A stretch of DNA of 64,000 bases from Octopus vulgaris. Taxonomy: Eukaryota. A model generated the notes under the pieces. It saw nothing but the letters and a program-made list of their open reading frames with translations. It did no database searches and was not told the origin of the DNA. This document shows, piece by piece, positions 22,868 to 35,904 of this stretch (positions are counted from its first letter, which is position 1; the number at the start of each line of letters is the position of its first letter). The stretch covers positions 70,804,001 through 70,868,000 of the forward strand of contig OX597833.1 of NCBI GenBank assembly GCA_951406725.2. Direction: 5' to 3'. A program made the translations under genes and the position numbers.

Positions 22868-23690
22868 ACCATCAACAACTACAAGCTGGAGGTAGTCCAT
22901 CAATTCCCCTCCCTCAGCTCTACCATTGCTGATGACCTCTTCCTGGACCCTGAAATCAACAGGCAAATAGGACAAGCATCCTCCACATTTGCCAGGCTCA
23001 TAAAGAGAGTCTGGGAAAACAGAAAACTGCAAACGCCAAGATTGCTGTCTATAAGGCATGCACCCTTAGTACAGTACTTTGCGGCAGTGAGACATGGTGT
23101 CTCTACTTCAGACAGGGGCAGCATCTCAACATCTTTCATCTTCGTAATTTGAGACACATCTTGGATGTCAAGTGCACTGACCTTGTCATCAACACCAAAG
23201 TCCTCAACCAAGATGAGATACCAAGCATACTCACTCTGCTCCAGCTCGGTCATCCGTGCTGGCTCAGTCATGTACATCGCAAGCCAGATGGAAGGATCCA
23301 TTTCAAGACTTCGTCTATGGGGAATTGGCCACCGGCACAAGAACATGAGGACACCCTCGTCTTCATTTCAAGGATGTCTGTAAGAAGGATATGAAGACGC
23401 CTGATCTGGATGTCCTGAGATGGAAGGAGATCACAAATGACCACCCACACTGGAGACAAATATTGTGAAAGGAGATGAAACGGGAGGAAGAAAAACAGGA
23501 ACTCGGCACCAAAGAAAAAGCACACTTGGCGGAAGGAGAAACCAGAAGCACCAGCAGAGAGATTCTTGCAATGCATCCAGTCTGGATCTGTAGAGCCACA
23601 ACATACGTTGCAACACCATCAGAGCAGTTGATGCAATTTCTTCAGGCACAGATCCATGGCCTCTTGAGGCCAACAGATATCTACCACTAC
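22868..23690 (+). mobile_element. RTE (BovB-like) LINE 3' fragment
   Basis: TINNYKLEVVHQF...EINRQIGQASSTFARL..RVWEN; LRHIL; WLSHVHRKPDGRI; YGELATG. Frameshifted. Confidence 0.85.
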
Positions 23691-24572
23691 ATACATACAC
23701 ACACTCACACATACACATGCATACATGCAGGTATCTACACACACACACATGCATAAAGTCATACACACACACTCACACACACACACATGTATACACCCAC
23801 CACTTCAGATATCTAGTGACTGGCTTGATGTTTGCATAAGAAATTAAAAAAAATATACCTACCTAGACACACATACACACATACACATACATAAACATAC
23901 AAACACACAAACTTACCTACCTACCCACCTATACGCACAAACACACACACACACACACAGACATTCAAACACACACATATATATTTACACACACCCATAT
24001 ACAAACATACGGACAGAGGTTAGACTGACATTTTTGTTTTTACATCCAATATGTACATTGTACACAAGACAATAATTAGAAACTCTCCACTTAATCTCTC
24101 ACGCTCTCCCCCCCCACCGCTTCCTCCTTCTCCGCCCCCAACCAACATTAGAAAATATATATATTAAGAACAAGTATATAAAAACAGTACAAATAAAGCA
24201 TCAAAATAAAACCAAAAAAACCCCCCTTCAGAAACCTGACACTTTGTTTTATTGTGTTTATCTAAACAGTCTTTTGAAATTCACCAACAGGAGAATTTGA
24301 CAGAGCTGAAGTAGAGGCATGGTGGGGAGGGGCATGCCATTGGCCAGGTCATGAATGGTGATGGAAGGACTTTGACAAACCGACATCACTGATTGGTTGA
24401 TTGACTAAATGGTTAATCACACAGTCAATTAGTTAATTAGCTAATCTATCCGCAAAATAAGAATAAAGAATAAATGAAACGGACCCAGCCAGTGCGTTTG
24501 TTATTTGAACTTATATTTTTTTCTGTTTGGGGCCTGGTGCAGCCTCCTGGCTTACCAGACCCCAGTCAAACC

Positions 24573-24790
24573 TATTTCTTTACTACCCACAAGGGGCTAA
24601 ACACAGAGAGGACAAACAAGGACAGACATAGGTATTAAGTCGATTACATCGACCCCAGTGCGAAATTGGTACCTTATTTATCGACCCCAAAAGGATGAAA
24701 GGCAGAGTCGACCTCGGCGGAACTTGAACTCAGAACGTAACGACAGACGAAATACGGCTACGCATTTCGCCCGACACGCTAACGATTCTG
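24573..24790 (-). mobile_element. SINE family B monomer nested in repeat family C
   Basis: TSD CCAGTCAAACC at 24562-24572 and 24791-24801. Confidence 0.85.
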
Positions 24791-25109
24791 CCAGTCAAAC
24801 CGTCCAACCCATGCCAGCATGGAAAAACGGACGTTAAACGATGATGATGATGATGATGATGATGCACTACTGTTGCATCTATTTCATATTTGAATTTATC
24901 CTTACATAAGCATTGTCCAGACACACCAGCAAACCGTTTCCCCACCGTTGTCTGCAGATAAGTTATGGACTGGCACTAGGATTCCCTTCCGATTTGGTTT
25001 GGGTCCATGCTGTTGATAAGACACGTAAATGTCAAAACAGCAATGTCCTCTATCACTCCTGGATGGGACTTGGGGGTGAGTTATCTTGCTGGTCCGTGAC
25101 TCTCTAGAG

Positions 25110-25292
25110 CAGTGGTTTTCAACCAGGGTTCCGCCAGTACAGTCCAGGGTTTCCGCAAGAAGTTACAAAAATGCTAAAATCTCCTGTGCAGATATGTGTG
25201 CATAAGATTATTAAATTATTGCACAGGGGTTCCTCGAGCCAGTGGAATGTTTCCTTGGGGTTCCGCTCCAGCAAAAAGTTTGAAAAGCACTG
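25110..25292. mobile_element. hAT-like MITE
   Basis: CAGTG...CACTG termini, 8-bp TSD CTCTAGAG. Confidence 0.9.
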
Positions 25293-26010
25293 CTCTAGAG
25301 TCTTAACACCCGACACTTTGAGAGAGTCGTCTCCACCACACCAAATGGCATCCTACTGGCAAATGCACAACAGATGTACAGCAAGCAAATGTGGTCGATA
25401 ATGTTTAGATAAACACAATAAAACAGAGTGTCAGGATTCTGGGGTTGGTTTTGGCTTTGTTTTGATTGATTTTTTATTCGTATTGTTTTTATATTCTGGT
25501 TCTTAATGCTTCTATTTCATATCTGAATTTATATTTTATATTGTTTTATATTTCCTTCTCACACTCCAACACCAAAACAAAAAATGGAATTCAATATCAC
25601 AGAGAGAGAGAGAGAGCATGAAACAGACAGACAGACAGACTGACTGAGTGATTGACACATTGACATCCCTACAAAGACATGATTGTCACAGATAGTGTTA
25701 CTAGTTAACAGAGCTATTTTACCCCCTCTGGCTCAGTAGTATAAATGTCTTGTTTTCAAAAGTTCTGAATTAAGATCTTCCACCAAACCTTAGTCACAAT
25801 TTATGTTGCTGACACTAGCTGAATGATAACGAAGTTATTTTACTAAATTCTTTGTTATATTTAAAGTAATTAAAAGAAACACAGAGCATCTCAACAGAAA
25901 TATGGTAACGAAAGGGTTAAAGACAGTCAGTCAAATGTGTCTTCAATTGGCACATGATTTGGCTGCTATTTCTAACAAGTCAAACAACTATGTGAAACAA
26001 AATCTGCAAA

Positions 26011-26239
26011 TTAACCCTTTGGATACCAACCTGGTTGAAACCACCTCTGGCTCTGTAGTACAAATGTCTTGTTTTCATAAGTTCTGAATTAAAATCTTCC
26101 ACCAAACCTTAGTCACAATTTATGTTCCTAACACTAACTGAATGATAACAAAGTTATTTTACTAAATTCTTTGTTATATTTAAAGTAATCGAAAGAAACA
26201 CAGAGCATTCCAACAGAAATATGGTAACGAAAGGGTTAA
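26011..26239. mobile_element. piggyBac-like MITE
   Basis: TTAA-CCCTTT...AAAGGG-TTAA. Related copies at about 4555-4765, 6901-7120, 25720-25920, 47858-48076 and 50968-51393. Confidence 0.85.
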
Positions 26240-26296
26240 TCAAGGTAACTTCATGTTAAACAACAGCAACTACTACTACTGCTGCTGCTGCTGCTG

Positions 26297-26351
<55 letters not shown>

Positions 26352-26525
26352 AACGATCACCACCACACAGAAAAGAAAAGCAAACAAACTATTAACGAAT
26401 TAACATGGGTTCTTTTTTTGTTGTTGTTGCAAGTGGTGTGTATGCCCGTAAGATAATTAAATTTGGAAGCAAGAATCACAAATCACCAGTAAGACCAAAG
26501 ACAAAGTTTTCAGCACACAGACAAA

Positions 26526-26955
26526 GGTACAGACGTGGCTGTGAGGTAAGACGTTTGCTTCCCAACCACATGGTTCCAGGTTCAGTCCCACTGCATGCAC
26601 TTTGGGTGAGCGTTCTTCTACTATAGCCTCAGGCCAACCAAAGCCTTGTGAGGGGTTAAGGTGTGTATGGTGGTGGTAGGGGGACTGAAAAAACCCTGTT
26701 GTATGTGTGTGTGTGTGTGCGTATCTTTGTGTCTGTGTTTGTCCCCCACTATCACCCGACCCCTGGTGTTGGGTGTGCTTACGATCCAGTGACTTAGCAG
26801 TTCAGCAAAAGAGACTAATCGAATAAACACCAAGTTTGGTAAAAAAAAAAAAAAATATATATATATATAATAAATTTTGGGGTCAATTTGTTTAGGCAGT
26901 GCCCCAGCATGGGCCACAGTCTGATGACTGAAACAAGTAGAAGATGAAAGAGAGA
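26526..26955 (+). mobile_element. SINE family A, older diverged copy
   Basis: Same module order with many substitutions. Confidence 0.7.
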
Positions 26956-26966
26956 GAATGACTCAC

Positions 26967-27041
26967 CTGGTGTTGATCACTTTGCTTTCGGCAATGCCAA
27001 CTGAATAAGAATGGCATTTGTCTCTGGTTTTATAGACAACT
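26967..27041 (-). other. Candidate non-coding 5'UTR exon, possibly of SLC35C2
   Basis: Consensus donor CAG|GTGAGT at 26967 in non-repetitive sequence. Possible acceptors at 27001-27002 or 27042-27043. No transcript evidence. Confidence 0.3.
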
Positions 27042-27233
27042 CTGGTGAGTTGACAAAGATTAAGAATTTCTTATTTAGTTTCGTGGACAGAGAGGAAGTT
27101 CTTTGTGTGAGTTCTTTTATGTTTTAGGTGCAAAGTCCAAAAACTGAGTCCAAAAACCTCTCAAAGATGAAGAAACTTATCTTAAACAAATATCTTAGGT
27201 TGAGAAAATTATTTTATTCTCTCTCTCTCTCCT

Positions 27234-27265
<32 letters not shown>

Positions 27266-27379
27266 TTCTAACAAAAGGATGACTCCTAAAACATTAGGCA
27301 CCCCTTTTTTCTTACCCCGTGGCATATGGAAATATCCAAACTTAAGTCAATATTGCTCCTTCTCTTGCTAAATAATTGG

Positions 27380-27688
27380 CAACCTGTTGGTTCCAATGAC
27401 AAGCGTTCCAACAGATCCGATCAATGGAACAGCCTGCTCGTGAAAGGAACATGGCATATGGCTGAGTACTCCACAGACATGTGTACTGCCTGATGTAGTT
27501 CTCAGGGAGACTCAGCATAACACAGAATGTGACCCTTTAAATTACAAGTACAACTCATTTCTGCCAGCTGAGTAGACTGGAGCAAAGTGAAATAAAGAGT
27601 CTTGCTCAAGGATGCAACACACCACCAGGAATCGAACTGACAACCTAACAACTGTGAGCCAAACACCCTAACCACTAGGCCAGGCAAT
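27380..27688 (-). mobile_element. tRNA-derived CORE-like SINE family E
   Basis: Minus strand reads tggcctagtggttagg...gttcgattcc...tccttgagcaagac. Related fragments at about 1110-1245 and 18650-18715. Confidence 0.7.
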
Positions 27689-28162
27689 TAAGGAATGGAA
27701 TACAATCACAAAAAAAAAATACTTGTTACTCTTGTAGTTCCTTTGAACCATCTTGGTTGTGGCCATGCTAGAGCACTATAAGTTCTTGCACTTTAATTTT
27801 TAGTGTGTTTGGCTTAATTTTATTAATTTTAAACAAACGATTCATTCGTCTGTTTTACATCTATTTTTCCATGCTAGTATGAGTCAGATAAATACATAAT
27901 GCTACTTCTAGTGGGTCACCTGGACGTTTAAGGGAATCTGTTTTTGTTGAACCCATATGTACCGTTCAGTGCATCTGCCGCATCCAAACCTTAAATCCTC
28001 GGATTACCTGTCTCAGGTAATCCGTGTTTCTGTTGTTTTACATCAGGTACAGCATATGGAGTTTATGCGAACTCCTTTTGTTCACATTCACACACATACA
28101 AGTGATGGGCTTCATACAGTTTCCATCAATCAAATTCACTCACAAGGCTTTGATTAGCTGAA

Positions 28163-28590
28163 ACTCTTTACTCTTTTTACTTGTTTCAGTCATTTGACTG
28201 CGGCCATGCTGGAGCACCGCCTTTAGTCGAGCAACTTGACCCCGGGACTTATTCTTTGTAAGCCCAGTACTTATTCTATCAGTCTCTTTTGCCGAACCTC
28301 TAAGTGACGGGGACATAAACACACCAGCATCGGTTGTCAAGCAATGCTAGGAAGACAAACACAGACACACAGACACACAGACATACACGCACACACACAC
28401 ACATATATATATATATACATATATACGACGGGCTTCTTTCAGTTTCCGTCTACCAAATCCACTCACAAGGATTTGGTCGGCCTGGGGCTATAGTAGAAGA
28501 CACTTGCCCAAGGTGCCACGCAGTGGGACTGAACCTGGAACCATGTGGTTGGTAAGCAAGCTACTTACCACACAGCCACTCCTGCGCCTA
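28163..28590 (-). mobile_element. SINE family A inserted in an older related copy
   Basis: Full-length reverse copy. Diverged family-A sequence continues at about 28090-28160 and 28590-28690. Confidence 0.85.
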
Positions 28591-28845
28591 TAGAAGAAAA
28601 CATTTGTCCAAAGTGCTATGCAGTGGGACTGAACCCCCAAACCAAGAGACTGAAAAGCAAACTTCTTAACCACACAGCCACACCCACATCCATCTGATAT
28701 ATTTTTTATTCATTTGCCTTTTTTTTTTTACTTGGCTTCAGTCATTGGACTGTGGCCATGCTGGGGCATACTTTTCAAGGGTTTTAATCAATCATATTGA
28801 CCCTAGTAAATACTTCACTCAGGTATAAAAATATATATATATGTG

Positions 28846-29145
28846 AAGGCGCAATGGCCCAGTGGTTAGGGCAGCAGACTCACAGTTGTAGGATCGTGGT
28901 TTCGATTCCCAGACCGGGCATTGTGGGTGTTTATTGAGTAAAAACACCTAAAAGTTCCACAATGCTCCAGCAGGGGGTGTTGGCGATCCCTGCTGTACTC
29001 TTTCGCCACAACTTTCTCTCAGTCTTTCTTCTGTTGGCCTGCTCGCTTAGCCAGCGAGGTGGCATCACTTGAAGGCTAAAACAATGCGAACGCATCGTGA
29101 CCAGCAATGTGTAGCAACATCTGATAGCCTGGTTGGTCACGGTGA

Positions 29146-29146
<1 letters not shown>
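28846..29146 (+). mobile_element. tRNA-derived SINE family D
   Basis: A box tggcccagtggtta, B box ggtttcgattcc. The tail recurs reversed at about 43695-43775. Confidence 0.75.
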
Positions 29147-29182
<36 letters not shown>

Positions 29183-29568
29183 CCTTATAACTTGGTTTCT
29201 TAATTTACACCAGGGGTCACAAACACAACCACTGATAAACTTCTGACAAGGGCTCTTCTACATGGTCACTCATTCTCCTAGAAAAAGCAGTCGCATGTCC
29301 CTTGAACCATATTCCATTATCTTAGAAAAGGACATAATGGATAACGTGGTTCTGGGTTCCCTGTAGATCAGAAAAAGATAGGAGGGTCATTGTTGGAATG
29401 GCTTTGATATCATCAAAGCCGTTCCAGTTAAGCGAACAGCACCAAAAATATTGCTTTTTCTGTCAATCAACTTTCGTTTATCAAGTAAGCAAGAAGATCA
29501 ACGGATCGACAACAGATCAATAGATCAATAAATGCTGAAAGAACATGAGAAATATTTAAAACAGAGAC

Positions 29569-29734
29569 ATAGGCGCAGGAGTGGCTGTGTGGTAAGTAGC
29601 TTGTTTACCAACCACATGGTTCCAGGTTCAGTCCCACTGCGTGGCACCTTGGGCAAGTGTCTTCTACTATAGCCCCGGGCCGACCAAAGCCTTGTGAGTG
29701 GATTTGATAGACGGAAACTGAAAGAAGCCCGTCG

Positions 29735-29767
<33 letters not shown>

Positions 29768-29995
29768 GCGTGTGTGTGGTTGTGTGTCTGTGTTTGTCCC
29801 CCTAGCATTGCTTGACAACCGATGCTGGTGTGTTTACGTCCCCGTCACTTAGCGGTTCGGCAAAAGATAGACCGATAGAATAAGTACTGGGCTTACAAAA
29901 GAATAAGTCCCGGGGTCGAGTTGCTCGATTAAAGGCGGTGCTCCAGCATGGCCACAGTCAAATGACTGAAACAAGTGAGAGAGAGAGAGAGAGAA
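29569..29995 (+). mobile_element. SINE family A
   Basis: Full-length copy with a (GA)n tail. Confidence 0.85.
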
Positions 29996-30659
29996 AAGTA
30001 TATTAAACTACAAAAGTTTACAACTGTTTGTCAATCATTTTACAGGTAAATTTATCGGGTTTTTTTATATTTGCTTAAGCTACAGGTTGCAGTAATAATA
30101 TGTAAACAGCTTGTAGTTAGATACTGGCTCTTGAGATAAGATTTACACTTTCGTCAATCCACACACACACACACACACACAGAGTGTATGACATATGCTT
30201 TGTATTGTATCTGTGTGGCTTCACACATGATCTTTTGTGTTTCTTCACACATGATACACTTTTCCTTCTCATTGTCTTTCAGTTGCTTCTTGTGAAATGT
30301 ATTTATTTTATTCTATTTATTCGTTTTATTGCTGTTTTCTTTATTGTTTTAGTTTCCAGCATCTTTTCGGGGTGGGGTCAAAAAGGAGGTGAAAAAAGTT
30401 AACACAATTGAGACATTAAAAGAAAAACATAAACCAATAAAAGTAATCAAACAATACCATTGTTATCATTCATTATTTGCTGTGGATGATGCAGTGTTAG
30501 TTCAAATTAGCATGCTGTATATCCTACTTAATGTATATATCCTGTAAGAAAGCCACAATACTGTGGTAGTCATCTTGAGAAAGCTTCTCCTATAGACACA
30601 CAGTGCTACAAAACACAAAAGTATCAATAGCAAATGGCAGTGGAATCACTAGATTCTGG

Positions 30660-30790
30660 GATCCTTTCTGTTGAAGAGCGTAGGCTCGAAACGTAAAAGA
30701 CTTTTTCATTTTCCCAAGCATCAAACTAATACACCAGCTTGTTGTTTATACACCTGTCTTCGTCTTTCGTTTTTCTATAAGTTTCAACAA
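30660..30790 (+). mobile_element. Penelope-like terminal-repeat fragment, second family
   Basis: Hammerhead-like motif plus tail. A reverse-complement fragment of the tail lies at about 39413-39460. Confidence 0.4.
30664..30699 (+). ncRNA. Degenerate hammerhead-like motif
   Basis: cttt-CTGTTGA-a-gagc gtag gctc-GAAA-cg-TA-aaag. One core change (A6 to T). Confidence 0.45.
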
Positions 30791-30807
30791 TATATATACA
30801 CATATAT

Positions 30808-31195
30808 ATAGGCGCAGGAGTGGCTGTGTGGTAAGTAGCTTGCTTACCAACCACATGGCTCCGGGTTCAGTCCCACTGCGTGGCACCTTGGGCAAGTGTC
30901 TTCTACTATAGCCTCGGGCCAACCAAAGCATTGTGAGTGGATTTGGTAGACGGAAACTGAAAGAAGCCCGTCGCATATATATATATATGTGTGTGTGTGT
31001 GTTTGTACCCCCCCAACATCGCTTGACAACCGATGCTGGTGTGTTTATGTCCCCTTAACTTAGCGGTTCGGCACAAAGATAGACTGATAGAATAAGTACT
31101 GGGCTTACAAAGAATAAGTCCTGGGCGTCGATTTGCTCGACTAAAGGCGGTGTTCCAGCATGGCCGCAGTCAAATGACTGAAACAAGTAAAAGAG
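30808..31195 (+). mobile_element. SINE family A
   Basis: Full-length copy. Confidence 0.85.
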
Positions 31196-32624
31196 ATATA
31201 TACATACATACAGACATACAAACACACACATACACAAACATATATATGAGAATATGAGAGAGAGAATTCCAGATGAAACCAGCAACAGCTGAATTAGTAG
31301 CAGTTTCTTTTTTTAAAGAAATTAGAATAATTTTTTCTCATAGATTATAGAAACATCTGGATGCTTATGTGAAAATTAAGAGACTTGTAAGCATCAAAGA
31401 AAGAACATTGAATTTTTAGAGCAGTAATTAAAAACTAGAGACTCTCTACAAACAAGTGATAGGTTTGTTCTTTAGGGGAAGAGATGGGTGGAGTGTGTTT
31501 ACAAATCTTCTTTTTGTCTTTAGCCCATGCTATAAGATTTGAGTTCTTATGCAAAGCCTGATGTACATACCATCAAAGTAATTTGGAAGTTCTCCTTTTT
31601 CACTGCTGATTTCAGCTTCATTGAGAAAAAAAACTCTGTATAGATGCCTTGAAGAAGGCCTGACCTGATTGATTTTGAAATATTCGATTGCTAGAGGTTT
31701 TGAAGCGTGTTACAGACACACAAGGCTTTTATTTTGCTTGTTAGGATGTTTGTTAGGATGTCTTTCTGATGGTCAACAACATAGCACCACAAAAACAGGT
31801 CGTGTTAGACCTTCACACCCTGATGCGGGGGCAAAGTCCACCCAACTCGATTGATGCCATTGGCAGGAACACAGAAATGTAACACCAAGGACCTACATAA
31901 GTTATATAACAACACAGTTATGTAATACCGTGTGCTTATCAGAGCTGGCAGTTATGGGGGGAAATATGGTGACCGCTTTCCATTACTGGAGGTGAAATAC
32001 GAAATACAGTTTGTGGATGCTGTGTAAAATAGACGAAACGAACCTAATAAATGCGCTATCAAGAGTTATGTCCCTTAGTCAAAAGTCTGCAAGAGTTTTC
32101 TGAAAACGGGGTTAGGGGTTAGGCAGTTAAAGGGGGAAGGGGTACAGAAATTTTTGGTTTGGTATGATGACAATGCACCTTAGTTCCAGCTGCCTGGAAA
32201 AGAAACCTTTTTTTGAAACCAATCCACATGAGATTAACCCCTAATCTATAAAACAAATTCAATGTTTTAAAGCAGGGGTCTCCAAACTGGTCGATATCAA
32301 CCCCTGGGGATCAATGGGACCATTCAACAGGTCAATAACTGCCTGGAACTGCACATCTACATGATTATTATTATTCATTTATTTATTTATCTGCCTGGGG
32401 GTGGATGAAATTGAGTTTGCATTCATATAATCATTCTTTCTTCACCACGATGTTGGTGAAGGTTTCCCAGTTTACAACCACATCGTCTTTAGCAGACGTG
32501 GCAATTTGTTTCATGCACACAGACAGCTCTTTTGGTCCTCATGTTCCCACCTTCCTGTGTAAGATGACAGATAAAAAAAAAAAAAAAAGCAAGAAGTATC
32601 AGGTTGAAACAAGAATTAGGTTAT

Positions 32625-32680
32625 TGTGTGTTTGTGTGTGTGTGTGTTTGTGTTTGTGTGTTTGTGTGTGTGTGTGTGTT

Positions 32681-32758
<78 letters not shown>

Positions 32759-32890
32759 TGTGTGTGTGTTTGTATGTGTGTGTGTGTGTGTATGTGTGTG
32801 TTCGCGTGTGTGTTTGTGTGTGTGTGTATGTGTTTGTTTGTGTGAGTGTGTATGTGTGTGTGTATGTGTGTGTGTGTGAGAGAGAGAAAG
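32625..32890. repeat. (GT)n microsatellite
   Basis: Directly visible. Confidence 0.97.
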
Positions 32891-33391
32891 AGAGTTTATT
32901 TCCCCAAAAGAACTGGTTTCCGTCGCAAATGCGATTTATGTTTACCACCTGTGTGACTGGTATTAAAAATATTCCCACATTAAACTTAACAGCAGCAGCT
33001 AGAAATTATCCTCATCGTCATTTAACGTCCATTTTCCATGCTGGCATGGGTTGGACGGTTTGACAGGAGCTGGCAAGCCAGAGAGCTGCCCCAGGATCCT
33101 ATTGTCTGTTTTGGCATTTTCCAACAGCTGGATGCCCTTCCTAATGTCAGCCCCATTCCAGAGGGAACTGGGTATTTTTACAAGGGGTTGGGCTTAAAGA
33201 TTTGATGAAATCATCATCTTCTTCATTGTTTAACGTCCGCTTTCCATGCTAGCATGGGTTGGATGATTTTGACTGAGGGCTGGCGAACCAGATGGCTGCA
33301 CCAGGCTCCAATCTTGATCTGGCTGAGTTTCGACAGCCAGAGCATCCATGAATTGTATCTTATGTATGTATGTATGTATATATATATATAA

Positions 33392-33602
33392 AGTTAATCC
33401 AAACAAGAAAACACAAAAAAACACAACAACGCAAGGACGTGGAACAAATAAAGTATTATTGGACGCTCAGGAAAGAAGGGAAGAAGGAGGGTTTAACGTT
33501 TCGAGCGGAGCTCTTCATCGGAAACATAGGAGAAGGAAAGATCCAGAGAAGGGAAGACAGAGGGAAAAAAATCGCCAACGGTACACACAAGGTCACATTT
33601 TG
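33392..33602 (-). mobile_element. Penelope-like terminal-repeat fragment, copy 2
   Basis: Homologous to 10028-10235. Carries a hammerhead-like motif and is flanked by TA microsatellites. Confidence 0.5.
33491..33525 (-). ncRNA. Minimal hammerhead-like motif of the Penelope pLTR type
   Basis: gttt-CCGATGA-a-gagc tcc gctc-GAAA-cg-TT-aaac. Core position U4 is C. Palindromic ACGT stem III. Confidence 0.5.
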
Positions 33603-33606
33603 AAAC

Positions 33607-33655
<49 letters not shown>

Positions 33656-35457
33656 ATACATACATACACACACACATACATACATACACATTCTTTCTCT
33701 GTAAAGAGGTGACATTAGGAAGTGCATCCAACCATACAAGTTGTGTCAAAGCAGACAATGGAGTATGATGCAGTCCTTGGATCCGTCAGATCCTGTGAAA
33801 CTGTCCAACCCAGGCCAGCACGGAAGATGGACATTAAAACAGGATGATCCATACACACACACACACACACAGGTAATTCTGTGAAGACCGGCCAGAGACA
33901 CTTGCAGTAGCAACCAACACACCTCTTGGGGCTCATTTCTCAGATGGGCCACAGTTAGCCCAATTTTGCAAAGGAAATTGGCAGAGCCGGGTCCAAGAAT
34001 ACCTGAGGGCTCAGTGGCGAGTGGTACAAACTGATGGCGGCTGAGTAGGCCCCTGCATTTGTTTATTTTTCTCTCCTCTGCATTACACACCAAACAACTG
34101 AAGCCCCATCCTTCTCACTGCTTCACCATCCAAACTACAACTGGCCAGAATGGGCAAATAGCTGTCTGATGACCCCTTTAGGGTCATTAGACAACTTTGA
34201 TGAGCAGAGGATAGAAACAGTTGAATGGGGGAAAATATTCACGGTATATCATTAAACATCTTTACAGTGTGTAGGCAATAAGTTAGTGCTACTTTGGTGT
34301 GTGATTGACAAGGGAGATTACTTTAGGTTACATTTTAGTTTACTTTGCAATTTTTAAAAGCCTATAAGATGTTAGCTAAAGATTTTTACAATGTGATCAG
34401 CAACGAGACGAAGGCTGTTGCATTTTTGCAAGAAACCACTAAATTCACATCATTTCTTAAGACAGAGGAAGGTGCCACTTTGGTGTGTGATCTACAATTT
34501 AAAGGGAGATTACTTTTGGTTACTTTTTAGTTTACCTTGTATTAATACTACTTTCCATGTTATCTACATCATCATCATCATCATCGTTTAACATCCTTTT
34601 CCATGCTAGCACAGGTTGGATGGTTCGACCGGGGTCTGGGAAGCCAGGGCCTGCTCCAGGCTCCAGTCTGATCTGACAGTGTTTCTACGGCTGGATGTCC
34701 TTCCTAATGCCAACCACTCCGTGAGTGTTGTGGGTGCTTTTTACATGCCACCAGCACAGGTGCCAGGGCAGTCTGGCAGCAGACACGATTGGTTTACATG
34801 CGCAAATTTAATTTGGTGGATGATCTACCTGCTTAATTTAATGATTATATGGTTTTATTATTATTAAAATAATAAGAAAATTTGAAAAAATACATTTACA
34901 ATGCTAAGTGTGTACAAAATCATTTTTAAAGTAACTTAAATTAATCTTCCTTGTAGATCACATGACAAAGTAGATCACATGATCAATGGAGCTACAGACA
35001 ACATAGGTTGGAAATAAAAGGTATTTAGAAACATGAATTTAGAGCACAATATTCATATACATCCTGTAACTTACTAATGGCACAAACACACATATTTGTG
35101 CATGCCTGTGTGGCTGTAATTTAGTTCAAGGTCAGGTCTGGCTGAGCAGAGCTATAAGCAAAAGAATAAAACCAGTTCAGACAGAATCATTTTCTAATAA
35201 TCTGAGGGGGAAGGGCAGTTAATTGTTCTATTTAATATAATATAATGAAATTATTGTATACAGTGCTCAGGTGCACCACATAACTCTTGTCGCATATAAA
35301 GCACATGTAGTAATGTGCAAATGTCTGGAAAGCGAACAAAGATACATGCTTTTGTGTGTGTGTGTGTGTATGGAGGGGAGAAAGATCAGGTGTAGTGTTG
35401 GCGAATCCCAGAAAGCATGGAAGTTTTTTGTACATTTCAATATAGGTTCAAGTATAC

Positions 35458-35885
35458 ATCATCATCATCATTGTTCGACCGTGGTCGAGACAATGGAATT
35501 TACCATGCTATGCCAGACTTCACGGTCCATCACGGCACCACGGAGGTCCCGTCGCTGGATGCCCACATCCCTGGAGATCACATCAGGGTAGGAGAGCGTG
35601 CGCCCTCTGGTATTGCGAGTAGATGGCTTCCAGAGGAGAAGAGTAGAAATTACCTCTTTTTCAGCTCTACAACAATGTCCAGCAAACTGGACTCTCTTAC
35701 CTTTCAAGTATACAGCTTTACACATACAAGGCTGGATTGAAAAGTTCATAGGCTGACTATGAAGGAGTGAAGCTAGCGCTGTGAAATCTTGCATGCATTT
35801 ATTCCAGCTTTTCTTATTAATAACTGCATTGTTTCTTCCCAGGTAAACTGACATCCGACTGGTCAAAGGAGGCGGCTTCAAAAGT
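35458..35885 (-). mobile_element. RTE-like LINE 3' fragment
   Basis: RVQFAGHCCRAEKEVISTLLLWKP...AVMDREVWHSMV* then (GAT)n. Homologous to 2290-2490. Confidence 0.75.
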
Positions 35886-35904
35886 AACTAGTAGCAATAT
35901 CTCT

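Larger units (their letters stand above)
24163..25506. repeat. Inverted repeat pair, arms about 105 bp
   Basis: cctgacactttgttttattgtgtttatctaaaca (about 24236-24268) pairs with about 25402-25436, extending outward imperfectly. Confidence 0.7.

Noticed and set aside
31571-31730. Minus-strand open frame ending at a GTATGT donor-like site
   Set aside because: No recognisable protein similarity and no convincing acceptor.
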